NCBI GenBank assembly: GCA_003641645.1
Contig: QNAZ01000001.1
Location: 1 to 47,809, forward strand
Length of the DNA stretch: 47,809 nucleotides
Reading direction: 5' to 3'
From: Thermodesulfobacteriota bacterium
GTDB taxonomy: Bacteria > Desulfobacterota > Thermodesulfobacteria > Thermodesulfobacteriales > Thermodesulfobacteriaceae
Shown: one piece after another, positions 9,341-17,892 of the stretch
Layout: the number at the start of each line of letters is the position of its first letter
How positions within the stretch are numbered: the first letter of the stretch is position 1
Made by a program: the position numbers and the translations under genes
The notes under the pieces: model-generated
Databases searched by the model: none
What the model was told of the DNA's origin: nothing
The model's input: the letters and a program-made list of their open reading frames with translations, nothing else

Positions 9341-10222
9341 CTATGCTTTTAAATAACTCGTTATATCTCTAACATAATCATTTATTCCAGCAGGAATATG
9401 AGTTAAACATTGCCCAGTTTTTATTTCTACTTCTTCAATACCAAATTTAACTTGCTCCCCAAAAGACTTAACATTCGACACAAAATTACATCTTTCTTTG
9501 AAAATATTTTTACCAACTTTTTCATCTATTTCAAAAAGTAAATGCATACCTTTTGAAGGAGTAGTGCAAGCATACTTCAAATTATCTATTATATCCAAGT
9601 TTAATAAGAAACTCTGCAAAAGTTTTATAAACCTATTTAAAATATCATTATAATAGAAATTTTCTTCATTCTCAAGTTTACTATTGTAATCAATATCTAC
9701 TAAAACAAACTTTTTATTTCCATTCTTTCTTTTTGATTTATGTACAAACTTATACCATTCATAATCTAAATGTTGTATATCTCTTTCTGTAAAATCTCCA
9801 CTAATTAACTTTCTTACATATTCAGTAACCATCATTCTGGCTGCTTTAAATAAATCTCTTGGTTCATAAGTTATCAAAATAGAAAAAGCATTTTTATATT
9901 CCTTATACAAAAGAGCAACATTGTATTTCATACCTTTAAATACTTTTTCCTTAGCAAAATCTTCAGTCAATACAGACAATTTTGTAATAATCTTATTGGA
10001 AAATTCAAATATATCCCCAGATAAAACGAACTTTTCTATACACATTTCATCACTATTGAACAAATGTCTAAATTCTAATTCCTTTTCTGGAAATTGCTTT
10101 ATTAACCACTTTCTTCTAAACATAATTAAACAAATAAAACCTTCTGTATCATAAAACAAAGGTAATCTTTTATAAATAAAGTTATCTAAATTAGATTTAA
10201 TTCTAACTATATTCATCATCAT
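9341..10222 (-). CDS. Possible AEP/primase-polymerase-fold protein
   Basis: LVDID (DxD) followed by TTPSKGMHLLF (T.S.G.H), as in AEP motifs I and II. Confidence 0.45.
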   Translation of the reverse strand: MMMNIVRIKSNLDNFIYKRLPLFYDTEGFICLIMFRRKWLIKQFPEKELEFRHLFNSDEMCIEKFVLSGDIFEFSNKIITKLSVLTEDFAKEKVFKGMKYNVALLYKEYKNAFSILITYEPRDLFKAARMMVTEYVRKLISGDFTERDIQHLDYEWYKFVHKSKRKNGNKKFVLVDIDYNSKLENEENFYYNDILNRFIKLLQSFLLNLDIIDNLKYACTTPSKGMHLLFEIDEKVGKNIFKERCNFVSNVKSFGEQVKFGIEEVEIKTGQCLTHIPAGINDYVRDITSYLKA

Positions 10223-10228
10223 AAACTT

Positions 10229-10432
10229 TTAACCATTTCCAAGCAAGCAACTAAGAACTCCAAATATTACAGCCAATACTAAACATATTCCAAATCCAAT
10301 AAAAGTTTTCTCTACTATCTGATAAAATACCCTACTTTCCTTCCCAAATGTATAAAAAGAAGTAATAGATGATATAGCAAATAAAACAATTGCAATAATT
10401 GAAAAGAACTTAGCTAAAACTTCCATAATCAC
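10229..10432 (-). CDS. Small two-TM membrane protein
   Basis: Two hydrophobic helices. Confidence 0.6.
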   Translation of the reverse strand: MIMEVLAKFFSIIAIVLFAISSITSFYTFGKESRVFYQIVEKTFIGFGICLVLAVIFGVLSCLLGNG

Positions 10433-10437
10433 TCTTT

Positions 10438-10944
10438 CTACAATAAACTCAACTCTAAAGCTTTTTCTTTTAACAAATCTTCAAACTTACAAATGATAAA
10501 AATCTCATCTGCAATTTCACTTTCAAATGTAATAATTGTCTTAATACACTTTCTTGTCTTTACTGAAAGCAATATCTCTTTGAAAGTTTTCATTAACATC
10601 AAACACAAAATTGGAAAGTAATCCTTTGTAAAAACTAATACAAGTTTTAATCTTTCTCTTTCATTTTCTAATTTATCAGCAAAACCAATCCACCATCTTA
10701 ACAAAACATTCTTTTCTGGATTATTGAAAACAGTTTGTAAATTAAATTTCTCACTTTTCTTTACTGCCAAATAAACCGGAAATCTTTCAAAGTGTTTATT
10801 CAACTTTATAAACCCTTTTTCTTCTTCTATATCTTTCAATGAAATACTGAAATATTTACAGAGTAGCTTTTTAACTTCAAAACTAAAATCTTGCTTCTTT
10901 ATATTTTTCTTTATCTGATTATTTAACTCTGCAAAATTTATCAT
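10438..10944 (-). CDS. Hypothetical protein, possibly a degenerate PD-(D/E)XK / Hjc-like nuclease fold
   Basis: FP.YLAVKKSE...WW...LVLVF pattern resembles phage resolvase-like proteins, but the ExK Glu is missing. Confidence 0.3.
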   Translation of the reverse strand: MINFAELNNQIKKNIKKQDFSFEVKKLLCKYFSISLKDIEEEKGFIKLNKHFERFPVYLAVKKSEKFNLQTVFNNPEKNVLLRWWIGFADKLENERERLKLVLVFTKDYFPILCLMLMKTFKEILLSVKTRKCIKTIITFESEIADEIFIICKFEDLLKEKALELSLL

Positions 10945-11063
10945 TTTTTCTTTTTCTTCTTTTTTCTGTTTTTTCTATAAACCTTATCATAACAAGCAGC
11001 ACAAAGTCCTCTTGCATAAAGTCTTTTCTCTTTTCCGCATAAAGAACAAATAATTATTTTTAC
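10941..11063 (-). CDS. Small C4 zinc-finger ORF with no canonical start codon
   Basis: Manual translation VKIIICSLCGKEKRLYARGLCAACYDKVYRKNRKKKKKKK*; the stop forms an ATGA overlap with the next gene. Confidence 0.55.
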   Translation of the reverse strand, partial: VKIIICSLCGKEKRLYARGLCAACYDKVYRKNRKKKKKKK

Positions 11064-11350
11064 ATTTTTTTAACTTTCTTCTCATTTTGAGTTCTCAACT
11101 GCTCTAAATATTTTCTTCTCTTTTCATAAACTTCTTCAGAAAGCTTCTTCCACTCTTTGCAACTTTTACAACAGATAGGTTTAGTCAAATAAGTTTTATC
11201 ATCTATCTTTTTAGCAGAAGATAATTGTTCTGCCCTTTCTCTTAATTTTTCACAAGCTTCAGGAGAAAATCTTCCATACTTACACTGAAATGTATTTATC
11301 TCTAACCATAATTCCTTATCTTCTACATTAATAGGAGGAACTTTATTCAT
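11060..11350 (-). CDS. Cys-containing hypothetical protein
   Basis: ORF coupled to the resolvase gene; CKY...C and CCKSC. Confidence 0.65.
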   Translation of the reverse strand: MNKVPPINVEDKELWLEINTFQCKYGRFSPEACEKLRERAEQLSSAKKIDDKTYLTKPICCKSCKEWKKLSEEVYEKRRKYLEQLRTQNEKKVKKM

Positions 11351-11811
11351 TTACTGTTAGATAATAAAACCCTTCTCCCATATTCAGCAATCAATAATGC
11401 ATCTGCTTTTCCATCATGTTTGCCAATATCAAGATAAGGAAAAAGACTTTTAGCTTTTTCTAAAGATAATTGCTTTATTTCCTTTCTTGTTTTCTTTCCA
11501 TAATTTCCTAACATAACCTTTTGCCATTTCTTGGCAGTAATTTCTTCATAAGGAATTCTTAAAGTTTTAAGAATTCCTAAAATCATTCCATATTGAACAC
11601 CCAACTTGAATGTAGAAACAACTCCCTGTTTTGGAAATGCTTGCTGTTTCTCTACCAATGTGATCAAAATATTTTCCTGAAGTTTCTTTTCAAAAAGAGA
11701 AATAACTTCTGAAAAATCATCTGGCATTGCATAAACTTCAGCTCTTAATGTTTTTGAATTAATAAATGCAATTGCTCCTTTCTTTCCTATATCTATTCCT
11801 GAAATCAACAT
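11347..11811 (-). CDS. RuvC-like Holliday junction resolvase
   Basis: GIDIGKKGAIA, VEKQ and DGKADALLIA acidic tetrad. Confidence 0.85.
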   Translation of the reverse strand: MLISGIDIGKKGAIAFINSKTLRAEVYAMPDDFSEVISLFEKKLQENILITLVEKQQAFPKQGVVSTFKLGVQYGMILGILKTLRIPYEEITAKKWQKVMLGNYGKKTRKEIKQLSLEKAKSLFPYLDIGKHDGKADALLIAEYGRRVLLSNSK

Positions 11812-11824
11812 TACTATTTCTCAA

Positions 11825-12022
11825 TTATACTTCTGATCCATCTCTAATACTTGCAACTACTTCTGCATCAATCCAACCCATTTCTTCAAATAGTAAAAAT
11901 AAACCTTCTTTATTAGTCTCCCATCCTATTAATCTATCTACAAAAGTAAATCCATCTTTAAAAACAACAATACAATATCTGCCCAATTTACCTTTCAAAT
12001 CTTCAAAGTTAATCATTTTCAC
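11825..12022 (-). CDS. Small Sm/Hfq-like protein (paralog of 18751-18954)
   Basis: LGRYCIVVFKDGFTFVDRLIG resembles the Sm1 motif. Confidence 0.4.
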   Translation of the reverse strand: MKMINFEDLKGKLGRYCIVVFKDGFTFVDRLIGWETNKEGLFLLFEEMGWIDAEVVASIRDGSEV

Positions 12023-12258
12023 TCCAAAAATTCAGAAAGTTCTTTCAAAAATTCTATATACCTATCAGGAAACTTTTCCAAAACTACTTGAATAATCTTT
12101 TTCTTATCTTCTTTACTAATATTATTATTCTCTAAAACTAACTCTACAATTTTTAAGTTTCTTATAAGCTCTTTCAAATTACTCCAAACTTCATACATAC
12201 TTAATCTCCTTGCTAATCTATCCAATTCCTTATTCACATTCACTTCATTCATATTCAT
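12019..12258 (-). CDS. Hypothetical protein
   Basis: Coupled ORF. Confidence 0.6.
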   Translation of the reverse strand: MNMNEVNVNKELDRLARRLSMYEVWSNLKELIRNLKIVELVLENNNISKEDKKKIIQVVLEKFPDRYIEFLKELSEFLE

Positions 12259-12262
12259 TCTT

Positions 12263-13267
12263 TTATAAAAGATTTTCTTTACTCAAATCAATATTTAATT
12301 CCTTTCTTAGAGAAGTCTCAATTTCTTTATCTTCTTCAAGAACTTGCATTAATTCTTTCTTTCTATATTTCTTATTCTGATACTCATACCAACCTTTTCC
12401 TTTATCTTCAATCATACCTTTTTTCACTAAGAAATGTAAAATGTTAAAACTATTTCTGAATCTCAAAGTTTCCATATCAAATAATAAATCAAGCTCTCTA
12501 AAAGGAATTGCTACATGGTTTTTTGTTGCTTTCAATCTGAAATATATAAAAGAAATATCTCCATTATCATCTTTTTCTTCTTTTATCCTTTTTATCTCTA
12601 AAGTAAGAACTGGAGCAAATTCAACTGCATGCCCACCTAATCTTGCAACTCCTCCACCAAAAGGAAGCATAGAAATCTTTTCTTTATTTTGAGAAATATA
12701 AACCAATGTTGCATTCCAATCGTATAATTGACTTCTTACTTTCCTAAAAATATGAGATAATACTCTTGCATGAACTCCAGGTTGATATTCTCCTTTCTCT
12801 ATTTCATACTCAACAGCAGCACTTAAAGAATCAATAACTGCTAAAATATGTGGTTCTTTTCCATATTTCTTTCTTACTGTCTTTACTAAATCTTCAAAAA
12901 TTTCAAAAACTCCTTCTACTGTTTTAGGGGTAAAAATAAGTAATCTTTTAATATCTCCGCCTAACTTAACAAAGAAATCTTTATCAAATGCATACTCAGT
13001 ATTAAATAGAACTGGAATTCCATTTTCATATCTTCTTTGAAATGATATAAGAAACTGTTGAGCAAGTAAGCTTTTACCACTGTCTTCAAAACCTGCTATC
13101 TGAGTTATTCTCCATGCAGGAATTCCTGGTCTCCCAATCACATAATCTACCCCAATTAAATCAGTTGGAATACATTTAACTTCAAATGTTTCTTCTTCAG
13201 CAAGCCCTAATATCACTTCATCTTTATACTTTGACTTCATTTCATCTAACAATTTATTGAAATCCAT
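12263..13267 (-). CDS. recA: RecA/UvsX-like recombinase
   Basis: GIPAWRITQIAGFEDSGKS Walker A; VIDSL Walker B; GGHAVEF; KNHVAIPF. Confidence 0.9.
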   Translation of the reverse strand: MDFNKLLDEMKSKYKDEVILGLAEEETFEVKCIPTDLIGVDYVIGRPGIPAWRITQIAGFEDSGKSLLAQQFLISFQRRYENGIPVLFNTEYAFDKDFFVKLGGDIKRLLIFTPKTVEGVFEIFEDLVKTVRKKYGKEPHILAVIDSLSAAVEYEIEKGEYQPGVHARVLSHIFRKVRSQLYDWNATLVYISQNKEKISMLPFGGGVARLGGHAVEFAPVLTLEIKRIKEEKDDNGDISFIYFRLKATKNHVAIPFRELDLLFDMETLRFRNSFNILHFLVKKGMIEDKGKGWYEYQNKKYRKKELMQVLEEDKEIETSLRKELNIDLSKENLL

Positions 13268-13293
13268 TTCTTCTTTCTTTTTCTTACTAAATT

Positions 13294-14061
13294 TTAGACT
13301 CCTAAATCAACTTCTTTCTTTCCAACTTCTAATGGAATATCTTCTGGTAATTTAGGCTCTCCCATTTCATCACTTTCTTCTTCTTCAGTTCTAATAACAT
13401 CAGCATAAATATTCCATAACTCTTTCTGTTCATCATAAGAATGAACTATCCAAATATTCTCAAAATCATCTAAATTGTATAACTCTTTCAAGTACCTTCT
13501 ATCTGGAAGAGGAGATGATTTTCTTGCTGGAATTACATTATAATCTGGATATAATCCTGCTGTTTCCTTTTCTATCTTTATATCATAACCATTTTCAGGA
13601 TGAGTAAAATCTCCATATTCAGGATCTTTTGCATAATTGATTAAAGATTGAACTACTTTCTTAATAGGTAAACTCATTATTTGAACTCCTTTATCAAGCT
13701 CTTTTAAATCTAATCCATTGCAGAAAGCTCTTTTTACAGCATAATAAACTCTTGCAGTTTCTTTAGTCAAAACTTCTGCTGCTAAAAGCTTCTGAATAAT
13801 CTCACAAATATAACATCTTTTCTGAAATTGTCTTAAACATAATGTAGCAACTCTATTATTTTTAGAACCAAACCAATGCAATGCTAAAACTTTGAAAACA
13901 AGCCCTTTTTCATTCCAGGGTGGAAGTATTCTAATCAAGTTTTGACCTTCCTTTGGTGTCCAAATAGGAACTTTACAATAAGATGGAGCAGTTCTTTGAG
14001 CTACTTCTTTCTCTGTTAAATCAAAATTTGGTGAATAATAGTTTACTATTTCTGAATTCAT
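13294..14061 (-). CDS. T4 gp32-like single-stranded DNA-binding protein
   Basis: IRILPP, H..C...CYIC zinc ligands, P.NGYDIKI and an acidic tail; adjacent to RecA. Confidence 0.75.
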   Translation of the reverse strand: MNSEIVNYYSPNFDLTEKEVAQRTAPSYCKVPIWTPKEGQNLIRILPPWNEKGLVFKVLALHWFGSKNNRVATLCLRQFQKRCYICEIIQKLLAAEVLTKETARVYYAVKRAFCNGLDLKELDKGVQIMSLPIKKVVQSLINYAKDPEYGDFTHPENGYDIKIEKETAGLYPDYNVIPARKSSPLPDRRYLKELYNLDDFENIWIVHSYDEQKELWNIYADVIRTEEEESDEMGEPKLPEDIPLEVGKKEVDLGV

Positions 14062-14092
14062 AGCCTTTTACCTCCTTTCTTTGGTTTTTTAT

Positions 14093-14416
14093 TTAATGCA
14101 AAAATTTTTGTTCTATATCCTTAATCAACTTTGAATTTCTAATCTCCAAATAGTTAGCAAGCTCTGGAATAGATATAAGAAAGAAAGTATAAACAACAAT
14201 AGTCTGAAAAACTATCTCTTTTAATAGTTCTTTTTTATCTTTGAATTCATTTAAATCTTGTCTATTATATCCTTTTGCAACTCTTTGTAGCAATTCATAA
14301 ATTTTCTGTTTCAAGATTTCATTTTCAGAAGATTTTATTAAATTATCAGGCAAGCAAAATACAAACTCTTTCACAAAAGAATTATAAACTTCTTCAAAAA
14401 TTTCTTTTCTTGTCAT
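14093..14416 (-). CDS. Hypothetical protein
   Basis: ORF in operon. Confidence 0.6.
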   Translation of the reverse strand: MTRKEIFEEVYNSFVKEFVFCLPDNLIKSSENEILKQKIYELLQRVAKGYNRQDLNEFKDKKELLKEIVFQTIVVYTFFLISIPELANYLEIRNSKLIKDIEQKFLH

Positions 14417-14418
14417 GA

Positions 14419-14682
14419 TTACTCTTCTTCTTTTCCTCTTTCTATAATCTCAAATCCTTTTCTTTTCACTAAAGAATATGCTTGTCCTGAACTTATCTCT
14501 AATGGAGACAAACCACAAACAAGAGCAACTACTTGAACTATTGGAAACATAATTCCATTTATGTTAACGAAGTATTTATGCCTTTTACTTTCAAAATAAG
14601 GTTTGAAATCCTTAAGGTATTCCTCAATCTCTTCCTTTGACATATTGACAAATTTCTCAAACTTAGGGTTTACCTTTGGCAT
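14419..14682 (-). CDS. Small putative winged-helix-like DNA-binding protein
   Basis: Strong GGAGG SD; KYFV.ING..FP..QV...SS.QA..L...GF pattern. Confidence 0.4.
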   Translation of the reverse strand: MPKVNPKFEKFVNMSKEEIEEYLKDFKPYFESKRHKYFVNINGIMFPIVQVVALVCGLSPLEISSGQAYSLVKRKGFEIIERGKEEE

Positions 14683-14721
14683 ATCTCAAGTCCCTCCTTT
14701 CAGTTAGCTTTATTTTCTATT

Positions 14722-14749
14722 ATTATATCATAAAAATAAGAAATGTCAA
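14722..14749 (-). promoter_or_regulatory. Sigma70-type promoter TTGACA-N16-TATAAT with extended TG
   Basis: Consensus hexamers; member of a repeated family ending AATAGAAAA. Confidence 0.85.
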
Positions 14750-14976
14750 GACTTTCTATCTTTTCTTAACCAAATTTCAAGAAATACACTCAATCTTGTA
14801 ATATCTATCAACCTATTAAGTAAAAACTCTATGATATAAAGTTCATCATTTTCACTATCAAATTTAAGTTTTTGGATTGTTCTCTCAAATTTAGCTGCAA
14901 TTTGTTTCACTTCTGGCTCAATTTCTCTTGATAATTCTTCTTCAACTTTTCTTAAAGTTTTTATACATTCTTTCAT
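14746..14976 (-). CDS. Hypothetical protein
   Basis: ATGA-coupled ORF. Confidence 0.6.
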   Translation of the reverse strand: MKECIKTLRKVEEELSREIEPEVKQIAAKFERTIQKLKFDSENDELYIIEFLLNRLIDITRLSVFLEIWLRKDRKS

Positions 14977-15473
14977 TTCTTTTCTCTAATAAAACTTAAC
15001 CAATAATCAAGTATTTTATCTTTATTAAAACATTTTCTTTTATCTGCCTCTAAAAAGAATATAAATACTTCTTCTTCTGGCATATTTTCAAAAGAAATAA
15101 TATAACTATAAGAAGTATCAATAGCATACTTTTGCTTAAAACTCTCTGAAAATAAATCTCCTCCTTTCTTTTTTCTATGAAGATCAAACTCATTCTGCAC
15201 TTCCTCTAAAGTTGGGGCTATTGATAGAGGTAATCTTATAAGAGTTAAATAAGAAGTTTTAAGAAAATCTATTTTATAAAATATCTTCTTAAAAGTATTT
15301 AAAATGATAAATCTATTTTCAAAAGAAATGCCTACTACCCAATGTCTTTCTTCTTCTAATCTCCTAACTGCTTCTACTAAATGAGGTTTATACTCTCCTA
15401 ACTGAACTAAATCCTCAAATTCTCCATCTATTTCTTCCTTTCTTCTTTTAGCTTCTTCATCTAATAGAATCAT
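14973..15473 (-). CDS. Hypothetical protein
   Basis: ORF with AAGGAG SD. Confidence 0.65.
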   Translation of the reverse strand: MILLDEEAKRRKEEIDGEFEDLVQLGEYKPHLVEAVRRLEEERHWVVGISFENRFIILNTFKKIFYKIDFLKTSYLTLIRLPLSIAPTLEEVQNEFDLHRKKKGGDLFSESFKQKYAIDTSYSYIISFENMPEEEVFIFFLEADKRKCFNKDKILDYWLSFIREKK

Positions 15474-15484
15474 CCTACATCTCC

Positions 15485-15916
15485 TTAAAGTTTATTTTCT
15501 GGATTCTCATAAAGCAAAAATAACATCCTACCTTGATCTTCCAAAGCTTCTTTACAAGCTTGCAAAATTCCTACTTTTTCCTCAGCTTCTAAAACTTTTT
15601 TAGAAGCTTCAATATATTCTTCATCTGTATAAATTAAACTTTTCACTCCTTCTTCCGTAATCTTCAATCCTTTCTCTACTGCATCCTGTTTATATTTTCT
15701 ATATAATCTATAATAAGTCTCTTTCTGTTGCAACTTTAATTCTGCTAATTTGGAACGCATTCTTTCAAGAGCTAAGGCATATCTTGCTTTTCTTGAAGGA
15801 TAATCTCTTATCAAATCATCTAAATTGAATTCTCCTAATCTAACTGATTTTATAAATTCCTGATATTGCTCTAAAAAAGCATCTAATACTTTTTCATCAA
15901 ACTTACCATTAATCAT
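15485..15916 (-). CDS. UvsY-like recombination mediator
   Basis: All-helical; KITEEGVKSLIYTDEEY pattern; in a RecA/gp32 neighbourhood. Confidence 0.55.
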   Translation of the reverse strand: MINGKFDEKVLDAFLEQYQEFIKSVRLGEFNLDDLIRDYPSRKARYALALERMRSKLAELKLQQKETYYRLYRKYKQDAVEKGLKITEEGVKSLIYTDEEYIEASKKVLEAEEKVGILQACKEALEDQGRMLFLLYENPENKL

Positions 15917-15917
15917 T

Positions 15918-16460
15918 TCATTTACCTCCTTTTTCTTTTTGTTCTTTTTGGAACTTTGTTAGTATAGCTTTAACATAAGAGTTATGATATTTACAAAGCT
16001 GTTCCAAATCAAACTTAATCATTAATAATAACTGACAGAAATCTTTAACAGTCCTATATAAATCCAATTTTGCACAAGCTGAAACTATCTTATCAATACA
16101 ATCAAGAACATTTTCTAAAGTAATTCTTTCTGATAATGCTTTCTTATTTTCTTCATAAACATACAGAATTCTACGAGCAATCTCTTCCAAACTTCTTCTT
16201 GCTACAAAATGTTCTTCTTGTAAAATCCATCCAATCAAAAAAGCCCAAGCTTTCACTAATCTATCTTTTACTTCTAAAAGATTTTCATCATTAATTCCTT
16301 TATATAGAAGCAAAACAATTTCTGAAACTGTTCCATAAACTATTCTATTCCAGAAAGGATTTTCATTCTTTTTCCAATCATAATCATTAAAAAGCAGATC
16401 ATTAAATTTCATTTGATTAAGAAAGGATTTTTGTAATAATCTTAAATAATTTTCTTTCAT
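15918..16460 (-). CDS. Dimeric (all-alpha) dUTPase homolog lacking catalytic acidic residues
   Basis: Q..FND...W, W.R.VY....EI and V..RLVKAWAF align by eye to W.R..Y.E..EL and EIVDIWHF of dimeric dUTPases. Confidence 0.5.
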   Translation of the reverse strand: MKENYLRLLQKSFLNQMKFNDLLFNDYDWKKNENPFWNRIVYGTVSEIVLLLYKGINDENLLEVKDRLVKAWAFLIGWILQEEHFVARRSLEEIARRILYVYEENKKALSERITLENVLDCIDKIVSACAKLDLYRTVKDFCQLLLMIKFDLEQLCKYHNSYVKAILTKFQKEQKEKGGK

Positions 16461-16462
16461 TT

Positions 16463-16663
16463 TTACTTTCCTTCAAAAATTTTCTTCATTCCTTCATATT
16501 CTTCTCTTGTTATCATTTTACTTGAAAAATCTACCCATTTATTGAGATGCTTATCCCAAAACTCTTTTGTTATAAGAACTGAATTTTCTTCTAATTGTAC
16601 AACTCTAATTCTATAATCACTTTCTTTATTTACGATAACTTCTTTCATTTTTGTCTCCTTCAA
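16463..16663 (-). CDS. Small protein, tandem paralog of 16626-16835
   Basis: Shared EN.V.I..EFW...F.SK.I.REEYE..KK.FEG. Confidence 0.7.
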   Translation of the reverse strand: MKETKMKEVIVNKESDYRIRVVQLEENSVLITKEFWDKHLNKWVDFSSKMITREEYEGMKKIFEGK

Positions 16664-16835
16664 ATAATTTCTTTAAAGCTTCATATTCTTCTCTAAGAAT
16701 TATCTTGCTATTGAAAAATGTACAAAAACTACTTCCTGGCTGCCAAAATTCCTCTATTATCTGAACCATATTTTCATTTATCTTAACTGCATAAGTTCTT
16801 GAATTTTGACTTTGTGATATTAAAACTTTTTCCAT
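16626..16835 (-). CDS. Small early protein, tandem paralog of 16463-16663
   Basis: Shared motif as above; lies directly behind a consensus promoter. Confidence 0.7.
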   Translation of the reverse strand: MEKVLISQSQNSRTYAVKINENMVQIIEEFWQPGSSFCTFFNSKIILREEYEALKKLFEGDKNERSYRK

Positions 16836-16844
16836 TTTCTTATT

Positions 16845-16872
16845 ATTATATCATAAAACTGAAACTTGTCAA
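16845..16872 (-). promoter_or_regulatory. Sigma70-type promoter TTGACA-N16-TATAAT with near-leaderless ATG
   Basis: ATG lies 9 nt after the -10 box; no SD. Confidence 0.85.
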
Positions 16873-16888
16873 GATTGAATTTCTCCTT

Positions 16889-17449
16889 TTATTTTTCATT
16901 CTTCATTAATTCTTTAATCTTCCTTTTTATTTGTATAAAAGGTATTCTTTTTCCATATTCATTTACAATTTTCCATTTCCATTCCTTTGATACCCTCTCC
17001 AAAGTATCTTCACTATTACCCCAATACCCATCATCTAATTTTCCCCAATCAATATTCAATATCTCACAAATAATCGCAAGCCAAGGCTTGCCATAATATT
17101 CATAATTTTTCATTTCTTCTACTAACATATCCATATCTTCATCTCCAAACATATAAAACCAATTTCTATAATGTTGAAGTGAACGCCAAGCTGATAAACC
17201 TCGACAATCATTAGCTTTATTCCATGCAAATTCCATATACTCTTTCATTCTCTCTATCACATTTTCTGGAGTGTAAGGAAAATATTCCCACTTTTCTTCT
17301 CCTTTTTTGACTTTTTGAACATATTCTTCTCTTAATAAGCCTGTAGAAAGAGCTTCTTCCCAAGTCATAAAATAAAGAGGATCATCAAGTGTAACTCCAA
17401 ATGGATCTTCTTTCTTTACAAATTCCAATACTCCCAATATATTTCTCAT
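16889..17449 (-). CDS. Hypothetical phage protein
   Basis: AAGGAGG SD; 186-aa ORF. Confidence 0.75.
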   Translation of the reverse strand: MRNILGVLEFVKKEDPFGVTLDDPLYFMTWEEALSTGLLREEYVQKVKKGEEKWEYFPYTPENVIERMKEYMEFAWNKANDCRGLSAWRSLQHYRNWFYMFGDEDMDMLVEEMKNYEYYGKPWLAIICEILNIDWGKLDDGYWGNSEDTLERVSKEWKWKIVNEYGKRIPFIQIKRKIKELMKNEK

Positions 17450-17535
17450 TTTTTAACCTCCTTTAAATAAACTTTCTTGACTTATTTTCTCACTTTCTAT
17501 CTTTTCTTTATCTTTCTTCTCTTTTAATCTTCTTT

Positions 17536-17853
17536 TCATAATTTTGTTTTCTCAAATCTGTCTATCATAAATTTGATTTTCCTATTTAACTCTTCAATAG
17601 AACTTACAACCTTATCCATTTCTAAAATCAGACCTAATAAGTCTGCTCTTAAAAGTTGCAAACTCCAGCATTCTTCTTTATTTTTTAATTCTTTCATCTT
17701 CTTTTCTAAAATATCCCTAACAACATTCCATTCCAACTGACAAGCTATATCTTTACTATTAATTTCAACTGAAAGCAGTTTATTATGAATATCCTTCAAA
17801 TATTCTAACATCTCTTTACATAATTCTGAACCTAAAATCTCTCTTAGTGTCAT
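17536..17853 (-). CDS. Coiled-coil hypothetical protein
   Basis: ORF behind a promoter. Confidence 0.65.
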   Translation of the reverse strand: MTLREILGSELCKEMLEYLKDIHNKLLSVEINSKDIACQLEWNVVRDILEKKMKELKNKEECWSLQLLRADLLGLILEMDKVVSSIEELNRKIKFMIDRFEKTKL

Positions 17854-17862
17854 CTTCTTATT

Positions 17863-17890
17863 ATTATATCACAAAATAAATTTTAATCAA
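17863..17890 (-). promoter_or_regulatory. Sigma70-type promoter TTGATT-N16-TATAAT with near-leaderless ATG
   Basis: TGATATAATAATAAGAAGATG. Confidence 0.8.
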
Positions 17891-17892
17891 GC

